Source: a virus
Lineage: Duplodnaviria > Caudoviricetes
Length of the DNA stretch: 64,000 bases
Direction: 5' to 3' (one strand)
Virus record (IMG/VR): IMGVR_UViG_2906610324_000001
Location: 1-64,000 of that record
The notes beneath the pieces were generated by a model. That model saw nothing but the letters and a program-made list of their open reading frames with translations. It did not search any database and was not told where the DNA came from. Both the position numbers and the translations under genes were made by a program. Of this stretch, positions 8,164-17,203 are shown in pieces. The stretch's first letter is position 1. Each line of letters begins with the position of its first letter.

Positions 8164-9905
8164 GGCGCCATCCTCATCTGCCAAACGGCGCCGTCGATCA
8201 GGTAGACGATACGCTCGCCCCATGCTGCCAGCTTCATGGCGGTGCTGACGCCAGTGTCGCGGACCTTGTTCACCGCTCCGGTCGTCGGGACGAAGATCGT
8301 GACCTCGAAGTCGTTGGTGATGGTGGCCGCGACACCGCGCGTCAGGATGGCCATATTGAGCTCTGCGCTATCGGCCGGGCCGGTCCAAGCGCGATACGTC
8401 GTGAAGGTCCGGTCAAAGGTCAGTTCGATGCGGTAGAAGTTGCCTTGACCGCTGATGACCACGAAGGCGGCGAAGCGGCCGCCAGCCTTGCCAGAAACGA
8501 TTGTCCCGCCATCGAGCTCCGGCACACGGATCTGCGAGATGCCGTTGTAGTGCGGCATTACGACGAAAGCCTTGCCGAGCGCGTCGGTGACGGCAACGTC
8601 ATCCAACCAGGTCGTGGCGCCCACCAGCATGTTCCAGCGCCGATCCGTGATCATTCGCGGCCGGTCGCCGATATCGTTGAGCTCGAGTTCGATCAGTTCG
8701 CGGTCGGTGACGCCGAACAGCACCTCGCCGGCACGGAAGACGCGTCGCAGCGGGACCGGCTGCTCGGCGAAGCGGCGCCCGCCGACGCCTCCGACCATCT
8801 CAAAGGGGATGTGCCCGAACAGGATCTCGCTTGCGGTCGGGATCGATATGACCCACCCCTCCGGGACCTTGGTCACCTCGGCGTCCGCCGGCACCTGGTG
8901 CGCGATCGCGCCGCCGGTCGCGAGGTCGATCACATCGCCGGAGCTCAGCCGAGCGGCGCCGTTCCACCAAACTCTGGTGACTGGATCGCCCGCGCGCCCG
9001 AACAGCTTCTCGAACACCAGCGCGCCGGCGGTTGCCGTCGTCACGGCGCGCATGATCTGCGCCGCCTTCGCCGGCTTGCCCTTCGCCATCGGCGCCGGCG
9101 GCGTGCCGCGCTTGCCCAGTTGGAACGTGGTCTGAAACCAGTCCAGCAGCGGGCCCGGAATGCAGGCAAAATCGCGGACCGACAGCGGCATCTTGGCCCG
9201 GTTGTCGAAGACCGAGGCGTTGTCCTTCATCCGCCGCACGAGATCGCCGGGCTTGTAGCCCTCAATCCGGCCCTTGTAGGGGTGGATGCCGGTGAACACC
9301 TGGAACGCCACAATTCCCCAGGCGAACCAGTCCGTCTGCGCATCGAAGGCGAGGGCGTGCCAGTCCCGGATGGAGGGCATGATGACCGAGGCGCCCCAGC
9401 GGCCGATCGCCCAGGAGTCGACGTCGATCACCGAGGCCGCCGCCGGCGCACCCTTGCGGAAGCCTACCAGCCAATTCAGTTCGTTGGCGTCGACTAGCAC
9501 CGCCTTCTTGCTATGGGCATATTCCACGATCTCGAACATGGATTGCGTCAGCGCGACGGCGTCGCCATCCGTGAACCCGGTCCTCACCCGGTAATCAGAG
9601 ACGAACACCCGGGACATGGGCTCGCCGTCGACGAACGGCATGTAGAAGCCGACCGGCTGCCGGGAGCCGTCCAGCACCAACCCCTGCGGGGCGACGATGC
9701 CCGCATGCTGCAGGCCGGCCAGCGCCTTCACTTTCTCCGGCATGCCGTCCCGCGCCATCTTGTCGGCGTCGGTGTAGAGCTTCACGATGGTTTGGCCGGT
9801 CCGGTAGATCGAGCCTTCGCCGCCCGTGGCGATGTAATCGGTCTCGCGCAGCGTCATGGCGCCGCGGCCCTCGAGGTGGACGTTGATGGTACCTCTGCGC
9901 GCCAT
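8160..9905 (-). CDS. Ser/Thr kinase of the YegI/TerY-triad type with a C-terminal beta-rich domain
   Basis: GGEGSIY glycine loop, VKLY, DANELN catalytic loop, IDVDS, DWFAWG...TGIHPY. Confidence 0.85.
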   Translation of the reverse strand: MARRGTINVHLEGRGAMTLRETDYIATGGEGSIYRTGQTIVKLYTDADKMARDGMPEKVKALAGLQHAGIVAPQGLVLDGSRQPVGFYMPFVDGEPMSRVFVSDYRVRTGFTDGDAVALTQSMFEIVEYAHSKKAVLVDANELNWLVGFRKGAPAAASVIDVDSWAIGRWGASVIMPSIRDWHALAFDAQTDWFAWGIVAFQVFTGIHPYKGRIEGYKPGDLVRRMKDNASVFDNRAKMPLSVRDFACIPGPLLDWFQTTFQLGKRGTPPAPMAKGKPAKAAQIMRAVTTATAGALVFEKLFGRAGDPVTRVWWNGAARLSSGDVIDLATGGAIAHQVPADAEVTKVPEGWVISIPTASEILFGHIPFEMVGGVGGRRFAEQPVPLRRVFRAGEVLFGVTDRELIELELNDIGDRPRMITDRRWNMLVGATTWLDDVAVTDALGKAFVVMPHYNGISQIRVPELDGGTIVSGKAGGRFAAFVVISGQGNFYRIELTFDRTFTTYRAWTGPADSAELNMAILTRGVAATITNDFEVTIFVPTTGAVNKVRDTGVSTAMKLAAWGERIVYLIDGAVWQMRMAP

Positions 9906-10288
9906 CAGTAACAGTCCTCCGGCTCGTAGGGCTCGTAGACGTGATGCTCAGCGAGCCACTCCTCCATGCGTTCTCGCTCGGCGGTGGATAGGCAGGCGCG
10001 TAGCTCCCAGACCCATCGCCAAAGCCGAACGATGCCGGAAGCGACCAAGATGGCAGGACGCTGCCATGTCGGCCGTCTATTCCAACGGAGGTTGTTGTAG
10101 ATCCCGCAGAATCGCTCGAACGCCGGCGTGTTCGGCATCGACGAGACGATCTGGATCTCGCAGGCATCTCCGCCGCAGGCGCCGTGCATCGGCGAGTAGG
10201 TGGTGTCGCTACCCGGCGAATAGCCGTACTCGACCGTCACGGGATAGCCGTTGTCGCGGGTGAAATCTTGGAAATAGGTCGCGCCCAT
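9905..10288 (-). CDS. Hypothetical protein between phosphatase and kinase
   Basis: Coupled ORF. Confidence 0.6.
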   Translation of the reverse strand: MGATYFQDFTRDNGYPVTVEYGYSPGSDTTYSPMHGACGGDACEIQIVSSMPNTPAFERFCGIYNNLRWNRRPTWQRPAILVASGIVRLWRWVWELRACLSTAERERMEEWLAEHHVYEPYEPEDCY

Positions 10289-11136
10289 CACTCGGCCTCA
10301 TGGTCGATGTGGATGCAGGCCATCGCGATATCGTCAAGCGGGCCTTTGCCGTGCGCCTGGCAGTCCTTGAGGAACCGCAGCATTCGCCGCTTCACGAAGG
10401 CGCCCTCGGTCGATTTGAACGACATCAGTTCGGCGACGACGTCGCGCCAATCCATGCCGTCTACCTGCGTGACGCCATCAGATAGGACGGCGACGTCCAC
10501 CAGGCCGCCCGTGTCTTCGGAGTTGAGGTAAAATTCCTGGCCGCCGATGGATCGACGCAGGCTGTGGGCAAAGTCCCAATCACGATGCTCGATTTGTCTT
10601 TGGCCATCGCGGCGATGACAGGTCAGCGTTGTCGCCGGATCAGAGTCGGCATGGGCTTTGCAGAACGAGATGTTGCTGTCTTCGAGATAGGCCCGATAGA
10701 GCGGCATGTTCTTCGCCCAGTCGAGCCGCGCCATCCAGATCGCGCCTGATTGCGAGCGGTAGGCGACGACGCCGTCTCCGACCATGCGGAGGTGGATTCC
10801 GGGCAACTCGGGATAGGCCTTCGCATACAGGCACGTCGCCAGCATGTCTTCTTGGGAGAGCCCAAGGTCGAGCCTAGCGTTCTTGTCGTTCGTGAAACAG
10901 GCGGCGTCGATCGGCAGCGGTGCCCGCGATCCGGCATAGTCGGCAAGGAAGACGGCCGTCGAATGCGCGACAATCCGAGCGCCGACATCAGTGTGACCGC
11001 CGGTGGAACAGCCGTCGCAAACAATGGCGTATGCACCACTCTCCGGAGCCGCAGAGAGGGCATAGTCCTGGCACGGCATGCCGCCGCGGAGATGCTGCGA
11101 TCCGATATGGAAGGCATGGTCTGCTGTGAATCGCAT
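10288..11136 (-). CDS. PP2C-family phosphatase (YegK-like)
   Basis: PCQD, VCDGCS, VGDG, LSDGV, DDIA. Confidence 0.88.
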   Translation of the reverse strand: MRFTADHAFHIGSQHLRGGMPCQDYALSAAPESGAYAIVCDGCSTGGHTDVGARIVAHSTAVFLADYAGSRAPLPIDAACFTNDKNARLDLGLSQEDMLATCLYAKAYPELPGIHLRMVGDGVVAYRSQSGAIWMARLDWAKNMPLYRAYLEDSNISFCKAHADSDPATTLTCHRRDGQRQIEHRDWDFAHSLRRSIGGQEFYLNSEDTGGLVDVAVLSDGVTQVDGMDWRDVVAELMSFKSTEGAFVKRRMLRFLKDCQAHGKGPLDDIAMACIHIDHEAE

Positions 11137-11160
11137 GGGAGATCTCCGCGGCGGCCTGGT

Positions 11161-11910
11161 TCAGATCGCGGCTGCGATCGCTTGGCTCGGTCCGCCGGTG
11201 CCAAGCGCCTGCGACGTGCTCGAAACCGACTGCGATACGAAGGCCGCCAGCTTTGCCAGCTTGCCCTTGGTGACGTCGCCGGCGTCGATGTACCGGGTTA
11301 TGCCGGCCTCCTTTTGGAACCGGTTCAACGCCGAGGTGCAGGAGGCGGCGTTGATGCCGATCAGGATGCTGACGTGGCTCTCGAGGAATTCGTCCTTCTT
11401 GGCCCGCTCGATCTCAGCCTTGATCATTGCCGGCGATGCCGCCCCGCCAGTGTCCTCGCCATCAGTGATCGTGAAGCTGATGCCGTTGGCGTTGAACTCC
11501 TGATCGAACAGCAGCTTGGCATAGGCATTTGAAGCGCCGACGCCGACGTAGCAGGCGTCGAAAAGCGGCGTGCCGCCGCCGGGGGAGAGCCGGTCGTAGG
11601 CGGTGAGGTCGATGCTGGACAGCGGAATGAAGCCGTGAACCTCGTTGATGCCGCCGGTGTAGGCGGTGCTGAATGCAGCGACGCGGACCAGTAGGTTCTC
11701 CGACCGGGGTGACTTCCGGCAGGCTTCGACCGAGGCCTTGATCATGTCGATCAGTTCGGACCGGAACGACGAGACCGAGCCGCTCATGTCTACTTCGATG
11801 TCGACGAGGGTGTACTCAGTGGCGCCGAGGCCCTCGATGCGAGCGCCGGTGAACGAGAAGTTGCCTCCGAGATTGTGGGTTTCGATGTCAGATCCGTCGA
11901 GACGGGGCAT
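11161..11910 (-). CDS. vWA domain protein (TerY/YegL-like)
   Basis: MIDAS DMSGS, GGTPLFDA, ITDGED. Confidence 0.88.
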   Translation of the reverse strand: MPRLDGSDIETHNLGGNFSFTGARIEGLGATEYTLVDIEVDMSGSVSSFRSELIDMIKASVEACRKSPRSENLLVRVAAFSTAYTGGINEVHGFIPLSSIDLTAYDRLSPGGGTPLFDACYVGVGASNAYAKLLFDQEFNANGISFTITDGEDTGGAASPAMIKAEIERAKKDEFLESHVSILIGINAASCTSALNRFQKEAGITRYIDAGDVTKGKLAKLAAFVSQSVSSTSQALGTGGPSQAIAAAI

Positions 11911-11947
11911 TGTGGCTCCTTTCAGGAATTCGGGGTGATGTTCGGGA

Positions 11948-12775
11948 TCAGGCCAGGAAGGCGTCGGACGTCGTGAGGACGAGCCCGCGCGCTTGCATGT
12001 CCTTCAGGAACTGCTGCGCGATCGCCGGGAAGTCCGGACCGCCCGGCGTCTGCGGGACCGGCGACATGCAGTCTGTCAGGATGTGGATCTTGCGGAGGTG
12101 ATCGTCGCCGATGTTGTCGACGATCTGGCGGATCGTCGTGGCGACGCAGTGTGAGGAGGCCTCGCCCGCGATACCGATGACATCAGCATCCTGGAGCACG
12201 CTGAGAAAGCCACCGTTCAACTGCGTCGACGGGTCCGCAGGATCCGGCACCTCGGCCATCAGAGCCCCGTAATGTTCCGTGAAGGTGTTGGTGCCCTTGG
12301 TGACGAAATCGATCGTTGCGAAGTTGTCGCGCTCCCAGGCCGCGAGCTCGTCGCGGAGAACGTCGACGACGTTGTGGCCCCAACTGCCAATGATGCAGTG
12401 CTCCGGCCAGATCATCAGGATGAACTTTCCGGCGGCATCGAGCGCTGCGGTGTAGTCCAGCATGCGCTGCCTGTACGCCTGGTTGCGCGGCTCCCACATC
12501 CCGGTCTTGATGTCAGCAAGGGTGATCATGGTGAACGGGGCAGGGTGCTTGCCGTCCTGTCCGCGCCAAAAGGCGGGGTGCGCGACGTCGATGACGCGGT
12601 GCGAGTCCAGCGTGACGTGGATGTCATTCAGCCGCCGGCCGATCCGCTTCACGACGCCGGCGACGCGGGTCATATCGGCGACAGCACCAGTGACCGGCAG
12701 CGCGGCACCTTTCTGGTCCATGAAGTCGTTCTGGGGATCGATGATGACGAGATCAGCTTTAACGGTCTTGCGCAT
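11948..12775 (-). CDS. Nicotinamidase/isochorismatase family hydrolase (PncA-like)
   Basis: IDPQNDF, DSH, WPEHC, TKG, GEASSHC (D-K-C triad). Confidence 0.88.
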   Translation of the reverse strand: MRKTVKADLVIIDPQNDFMDQKGAALPVTGAVADMTRVAGVVKRIGRRLNDIHVTLDSHRVIDVAHPAFWRGQDGKHPAPFTMITLADIKTGMWEPRNQAYRQRMLDYTAALDAAGKFILMIWPEHCIIGSWGHNVVDVLRDELAAWERDNFATIDFVTKGTNTFTEHYGALMAEVPDPADPSTQLNGGFLSVLQDADVIGIAGEASSHCVATTIRQIVDNIGDDHLRKIHILTDCMSPVPQTPGGPDFPAIAQQFLKDMQARGLVLTTSDAFLA

Positions 12776-12801
12776 TGGTTCACCTCCTGGGGATCTGCGG
12801 G

Positions 12802-13182
12802 TTAATCGTCGTAGTCGTCGTAATCGCCGTGGCGATCGAGCTCTGCACGGTCGCGTTCTTCGCGCCGCTTCCGGCACGCGCCGCAGACCTCGTAGACAGG
12901 TCCAGCCATGCCTTCCTCGTAGTCGCGCATGGGCGCGAGGTCGGTCGCCGACCCCTTGCACCAGTCGCAGGTTCCGGTCCGGGCCTCGGCCGATTGCGCA
13001 TAGTCGCGCTCTGCCTTCAGGCACTCTTCGCAGAGATCGTTCATCTCGCAGCCGAAGGAGTCGGTCTCGCCTTGCACGCGCGCGACCGCGAGCCGATCAG
13101 GATGCTGGTCGCACATCGTGCCTTCGGGCAGGTTGTGGCGAGATCCCGGCAGGGACGAGGTGGGGCCGGTGACGTCAGCCAT
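12802..13182 (-). CDS. Cys-rich zinc-binding hypothetical protein
   Basis: CDQH, CEEC, CDWC, CGAC. Confidence 0.7.
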   Translation of the reverse strand: MADVTGPTSSLPGSRHNLPEGTMCDQHPDRLAVARVQGETDSFGCEMNDLCEECLKAERDYAQSAEARTGTCDWCKGSATDLAPMRDYEEGMAGPVYEVCGACRKRREERDRAELDRHGDYDDYDD

Positions 13183-13594
13183 GCGCAGACTCCCTCTTCA
13201 GGGCTTCCGCGATCTCTGGTGAAACCGCCCCGCCGGTTTTTGCGAGGTACGCGGCCATGAGTGCCGCGGTGAGGTTGTCGCCCTCGAATCTTCGATCGCT
13301 CCAGTTGGTGTAGTCGCCGCAGGCCTCGACCGCGCTGTCGGGCCCCATGTTGAAATCCGGGTTGTCGCAGAACAGCGTGATGCTATGGCCTTCCTCCGCG
13401 CGCAGGGCCTCGACGAGCAGCCACGCCGCCGGTGGTGCCGGCTTCCGCTGCTTCCAAGCGGCGGTGCTGGCCTCGCAGAGGCATTCACTACAGCGGACCG
13501 TGTCGATCCGACCGGCGTGAGACGAGAAGTACGGGAACGTGCTCAGCTTCGTGCAATGGCAGAGCGGACACGGTGGCAAGGAATTGTCGTTCAT
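13175..13594 (-). CDS. Zinc-ribbon protein with a Lar (restriction alleviation)-like N-terminus
   Basis: LPPCPLC...VRCSEC...AAWKQR. Confidence 0.5.
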   Translation of the reverse strand: MNDNSLPPCPLCHCTKLSTFPYFSSHAGRIDTVRCSECLCEASTAAWKQRKPAPPAAWLLVEALRAEEGHSITLFCDNPDFNMGPDSAVEACGDYTNWSDRRFEGDNLTAALMAAYLAKTGGAVSPEIAEALKRESAHG

Positions 13595-14073
13595 GCCGCT
13601 TCGCCCTTCTGCTTGACCTGCGCGAAGTGCCAATCGCGGACTGTTCGATAGGTCAGCCCGGTCAGGATCTCCGTTGCGCGCTTGCACTGTTCCAGCGTGA
13701 ACATGCCGAAGTGGCAGTCGTTGCGATCAACCCCGAGGTGGTGCGCGAGATAGCGGTAGAGGCGCGACCGGGCGGCCTTCTTGATCCGGTTCTCGGCCTG
13801 GTGATCCTCCGGCGCGTATCGGCCGGACGTCACTGCGCCCTTCCAGATCGGATCGAATACGTTGTCGTGCAGGTTCGACCGCGCCGCGCGCGTTTCGGCG
13901 TTTGCCGGCGTGCCGAGGCTCTTCGTGGTGCCTGGATGGCAGCCGCAATAGTTCTGACAGCGATCGCACTTGTAGAAGTGCTTCCAGTGCAGGTCGCGGC
14001 GGTGAGGATAAATCTCACTGCCGGTCGTCAGGCGGGTGGTGACGCCGCAACAGATTGGAGCGGTTTCGGTCAT
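13591..14073 (-). CDS. DUF3268-like zinc-finger protein
   Basis: EIYPHRRDL..FYKC..C..YCGCHPGT..SLGTPAN, CHFGMF. Confidence 0.75.
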   Translation of the reverse strand: MTETAPICCGVTTRLTTGSEIYPHRRDLHWKHFYKCDRCQNYCGCHPGTTKSLGTPANAETRAARSNLHDNVFDPIWKGAVTSGRYAPEDHQAENRIKKAARSRLYRYLAHHLGVDRNDCHFGMFTLEQCKRATEILTGLTYRTVRDWHFAQVKQKGEAA

Positions 14074-14669
14074 GCTGCGCGTGCCTCCTGGGCGTCGATG
14101 TTGGCCTTGATGACTTTGAAGGTGAGGGCGACGACTTCGGGGTTTGCGTTCCACGATCCGATGCCATGCAGTGACCACCAAAGGGCGGAGAAGGCTGTGA
14201 TCGCGTCGGTGCCGCGGTTCTCGCCGGCCCAAAAATCACGTTCGCCACGCTTCTGGACTCCCTCGGCGAGGGCATCATCTTCGCTGATGCTCTGCAGAGG
14301 CTCGACCTTCGTGGCGGTTACGATAAGCGTGATGCGTGACGCCCAACGCGGCATGTGGATCGACGGAATGCCGGGGACGTTGCTTGGCTCGTACTTTCGG
14401 TCTGCGAGGTAGAACACCTTCGCCTGCGGCATGTCTTTGGGCCTCATGCCGGCATAAAGCGAATGCGGCTTCCAGCTCTCGCGCACCCAGAGGCGGTCAC
14501 CAACCTTCACGTCCTGCCATGGCGAACGGGCAAGATAGGTCAGGCTCTCTCCGAGAGCCGGCTTCCGCGTCTTGCGCTCCATGTACGCGAGCCGGCGCGT
14601 CATCGTCTTGAGGTCGTCGAGCATGGCCCTGACCATGCCGCCGCTGAAAATGACCGGAATGTCCTTCAT
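14070..14669 (-). CDS. ASCH/PUA-like phage protein
   Basis: FSGGMVRA...KTMTRR, GDRLWVRE, PSIHMPRWASRITL. Confidence 0.75.
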   Translation of the reverse strand: MKDIPVIFSGGMVRAMLDDLKTMTRRLAYMERKTRKPALGESLTYLARSPWQDVKVGDRLWVRESWKPHSLYAGMRPKDMPQAKVFYLADRKYEPSNVPGIPSIHMPRWASRITLIVTATKVEPLQSISEDDALAEGVQKRGERDFWAGENRGTDAITAFSALWWSLHGIGSWNANPEVVALTFKVIKANIDAQEARAA

Positions 14670-15310
14670 TTGCCGAACACCGCCTCGCAAACCGCGCGGC
14701 ACTTCGCGATGTCGAACCGGTCGTCGGTGCGAACTCCGCTCTCCATGTCGATCCAGTACCGACCCGGCATCTGCTCGAGCACCGTCATGACGCCGGTGAT
14801 GTTGTCCGGGGAGATGCCGCCGGCATACCCGACGAGCCGATCGCCGCCGGGATGCATCGGCCAGGCTGTCGGAGCTGCGCCCGTGCCACCGCTGCGGTCG
14901 AACAGCCAGTCCACGGAGGTGTCGGTTGGGAAGGTGTCCCCGCGAGTCTGCGCGATCGCGCGCATATTGCCCCAGCCGCTGCGGAACTGAATGATCTTCG
15001 CCGGGGCTGGGTCGGCGTGGTTCACCTGGATCCGAGCGAAATACCCGAGATCGACCTGGATGGTTTCGACGATTGACTCGCCCGCCATGATGCGGCGGCT
15101 GTAGTCGCCGCAGAGGTGCGCCGACATGCGAAGCTTGCTCCACATGAACCGGGACAGCGCGTCACCGTCGGGATAGCGCGGATCGGTCCCCTGACGCGTC
15201 GGGCTGCACAAGATCCCGAATTCGACGGGATATTTCAGCGCCAGCACGTGGATGTCGTGGAGCTCGGTCCAATTGTCGATCCCGGTGAAGGTAATGAACT
15301 CGGGCTTCAT
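14666..15310 (-). CDS. TrpF (PRAI)-like TIM-barrel protein
   Basis: LFDRSGGTG, GYAGGISPDN, WIDMESGVR. Confidence 0.7.
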   Translation of the reverse strand: MKPEFITFTGIDNWTELHDIHVLALKYPVEFGILCSPTRQGTDPRYPDGDALSRFMWSKLRMSAHLCGDYSRRIMAGESIVETIQVDLGYFARIQVNHADPAPAKIIQFRSGWGNMRAIAQTRGDTFPTDTSVDWLFDRSGGTGAAPTAWPMHPGGDRLVGYAGGISPDNITGVMTVLEQMPGRYWIDMESGVRTDDRFDIAKCRAVCEAVFGK

Positions 15311-16149
15311 GCCGTGGCTCCGTGATACTGCGGCACGCGCAGCGGGTTGTCGTAGTCGGGTGGAAGGAAGGCTTGCAGGTCGCGCTTGACGTAGTGGCGC
15401 GCCCCGAGCTCGCGGCATGCCTGGGTCACATCGCGGGTGTAGGCAGCCCAATCGATCGTCTTCGAGATGGTGGGGACGTAATTGGCCCGGCCGATCTTGT
15501 AGAGATCGACAAACCGATAGGTCTCCCGCACGATCGCGATCGAGGCCGCGGCATCGAGCGTTGGTTCAAGCGAGACCCAAGTGAAGATGCCGGCCTGGTG
15601 AAATGTCTCGAGGACGGCGATCCGCTCTCCCGGCAGCGCCGCGTTGCGCTCCCATTTCTGCGAGAAAGCGTCGTCGAGGGTTGTCAGCGTGCAGGCGTAG
15701 GCGTCTCGGGCCCGCCGGTATTCGGGCAGGAAAGGCAGTGCGCGCCGGCCGCCTTTGGACAGCGTGCAGAATGCCATGCCACCTTCCTTTAGGGCGTGCA
15801 TGGACTGCCGCGTCAGTGAGAGGTCACCGCGGTGGAACGGGTCGCTGGAGAACGTGATAAAGATCTGGTCCGCGGGATGCCCGTCGGAGATGCCCGCGGC
15901 CTGATAGCGTCGGATGTCGCGCTCAAGACGCTGCATGAACCCGGGCCGCGGCACGGCGCCTTGATCGAAGGTCGGCCGAGGGATGTGCGTTGCCGGCGGA
16001 ACGTAGCAGTAGGCGCATCCATGCCCGCATCCGCGGTAGGGATTTGTGGCCAGCGGTGCGTATTCGCCAGCATTACCCTTTGGGCGATAGATGACGTCGG
16101 CGCCAGGCACGATCGGCTGATCGGTGAAGTGTCCGTCGTCGCCAATCAT
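15307..16149 (-). CDS. Radical SAM protein (SPL-like)
   Basis: NPYRGCGHGCAYCY (CxxxCxxC), SDP, SLEP. Confidence 0.85.
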   Translation of the reverse strand: MIGDDGHFTDQPIVPGADVIYRPKGNAGEYAPLATNPYRGCGHGCAYCYVPPATHIPRPTFDQGAVPRPGFMQRLERDIRRYQAAGISDGHPADQIFITFSSDPFHRGDLSLTRQSMHALKEGGMAFCTLSKGGRRALPFLPEYRRARDAYACTLTTLDDAFSQKWERNAALPGERIAVLETFHQAGIFTWVSLEPTLDAAASIAIVRETYRFVDLYKIGRANYVPTISKTIDWAAYTRDVTQACRELGARHYVKRDLQAFLPPDYDNPLRVPQYHGATA

Positions 16150-16733
16150 TGCTCGACCTCGATCGGGCAGGACTGGCCGTCGTACATTTCCGCGAGGACG
16201 TCGGTGACCAGCGGCAGAAACTTCCGGTAGGCGTGCAGCACCGTGGTGTGGTCGCGTCCGCCGAACGAGCGGCCGATCTCGTTGTGGCTGGTCGGCGTCA
16301 GCATCTTCCCGAGACACATCGCGATCTGTCGGATGCGGGTAACGCCGTGCCGGCGAGAATGGTGGGTGAAGCCGTCCTGGCTGACCTTGAAAGCATGGCC
16401 GACGGCCAGCTTCACCACGCCGATCCGACGTTCCGTTCGCGAAAGCCGACCGAGCAGGGCAAAATACCGGGCAATGGATCGGCGGACCGCGACACGCTCG
16501 GCCTCGGCACTCAGCCTGGCTACCTCAGCCGGAGCGCGATGGGACTGCGACGGGACGATATCCTCGACCGTCGCGAACGAGGTCGTCGCCGGCAGCATGA
16601 GGACGCCAGGCTGGGGCAGGGCCAGCAGATCCCGACGCCACTGCGGAATGACGACTGGCAGCCGGGCGCGGACCGCACGGTAGTGCGCCGTCATGTCGGC
16701 TGCGGTGTGGAATTCTAGCGTGGCAGAGTTCAT
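16146..16733 (-). CDS. DnaA C-terminal (domain IV) HTH protein
   Basis: RQIAMCL...SHNEIGRSFGGRDHTTVLHA. Confidence 0.88.
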   Translation of the reverse strand: MNSATLEFHTAADMTAHYRAVRARLPVVIPQWRRDLLALPQPGVLMLPATTSFATVEDIVPSQSHRAPAEVARLSAEAERVAVRRSIARYFALLGRLSRTERRIGVVKLAVGHAFKVSQDGFTHHSRRHGVTRIRQIAMCLGKMLTPTSHNEIGRSFGGRDHTTVLHAYRKFLPLVTDVLAEMYDGQSCPIEVEQ

Positions 16734-17203
16734 CCAAATTTCCTCGATTGGCGCTTCGGGAACGACGACCGACCCATGAGTTTGCGTTTTGGCTTGCTCG
16801 GCTCGGGCCGCGGTTGCCCCGTGATCTTTGCCGTCATGACGTCCTGATGATCGGCGTGGCTGCGCGCGATGTTGCGCGTCCGAGCTCTTTCGCCGGTGTC
16901 GGAGCCGCGCGTCGTGATGCGCTTCGTGCCGCCGGGCCCGTTGGTCCGGACGTCGTGCTGCTTGAGCGTGATCGCGTCGATGTGCTCCGGATCGTTCGCC
17001 GGCGGGATCGTGTCCCACCTTTCCGTGTCGAACTTCCGCGCCTCCAGCGCCGGCCGGTGATCGAAATGAGTGTTGTCGACTGTGCCGAGACGCTCATTGT
17101 TTATCTTGCTCCGGCCGCCCTGGTTGATCAGCACCTGCAGCTTGACCCTGCAAGGCGTCGTCGGGCGCTTCCAGTCCGGCGGCGGGCGATCGAGGATCGT
17201 CAT
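16730..17203 (-). CDS. Degenerate HNH-like protein
   Basis: HFDHRPAL...NDPEHI...HDVRT. Confidence 0.5.
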   Translation of the reverse strand: MTILDRPPPDWKRPTTPCRVKLQVLINQGGRSKINNERLGTVDNTHFDHRPALEARKFDTERWDTIPPANDPEHIDAITLKQHDVRTNGPGGTKRITTRGSDTGERARTRNIARSHADHQDVMTAKITGQPRPEPSKPKRKLMGRSSFPKRQSRKFG

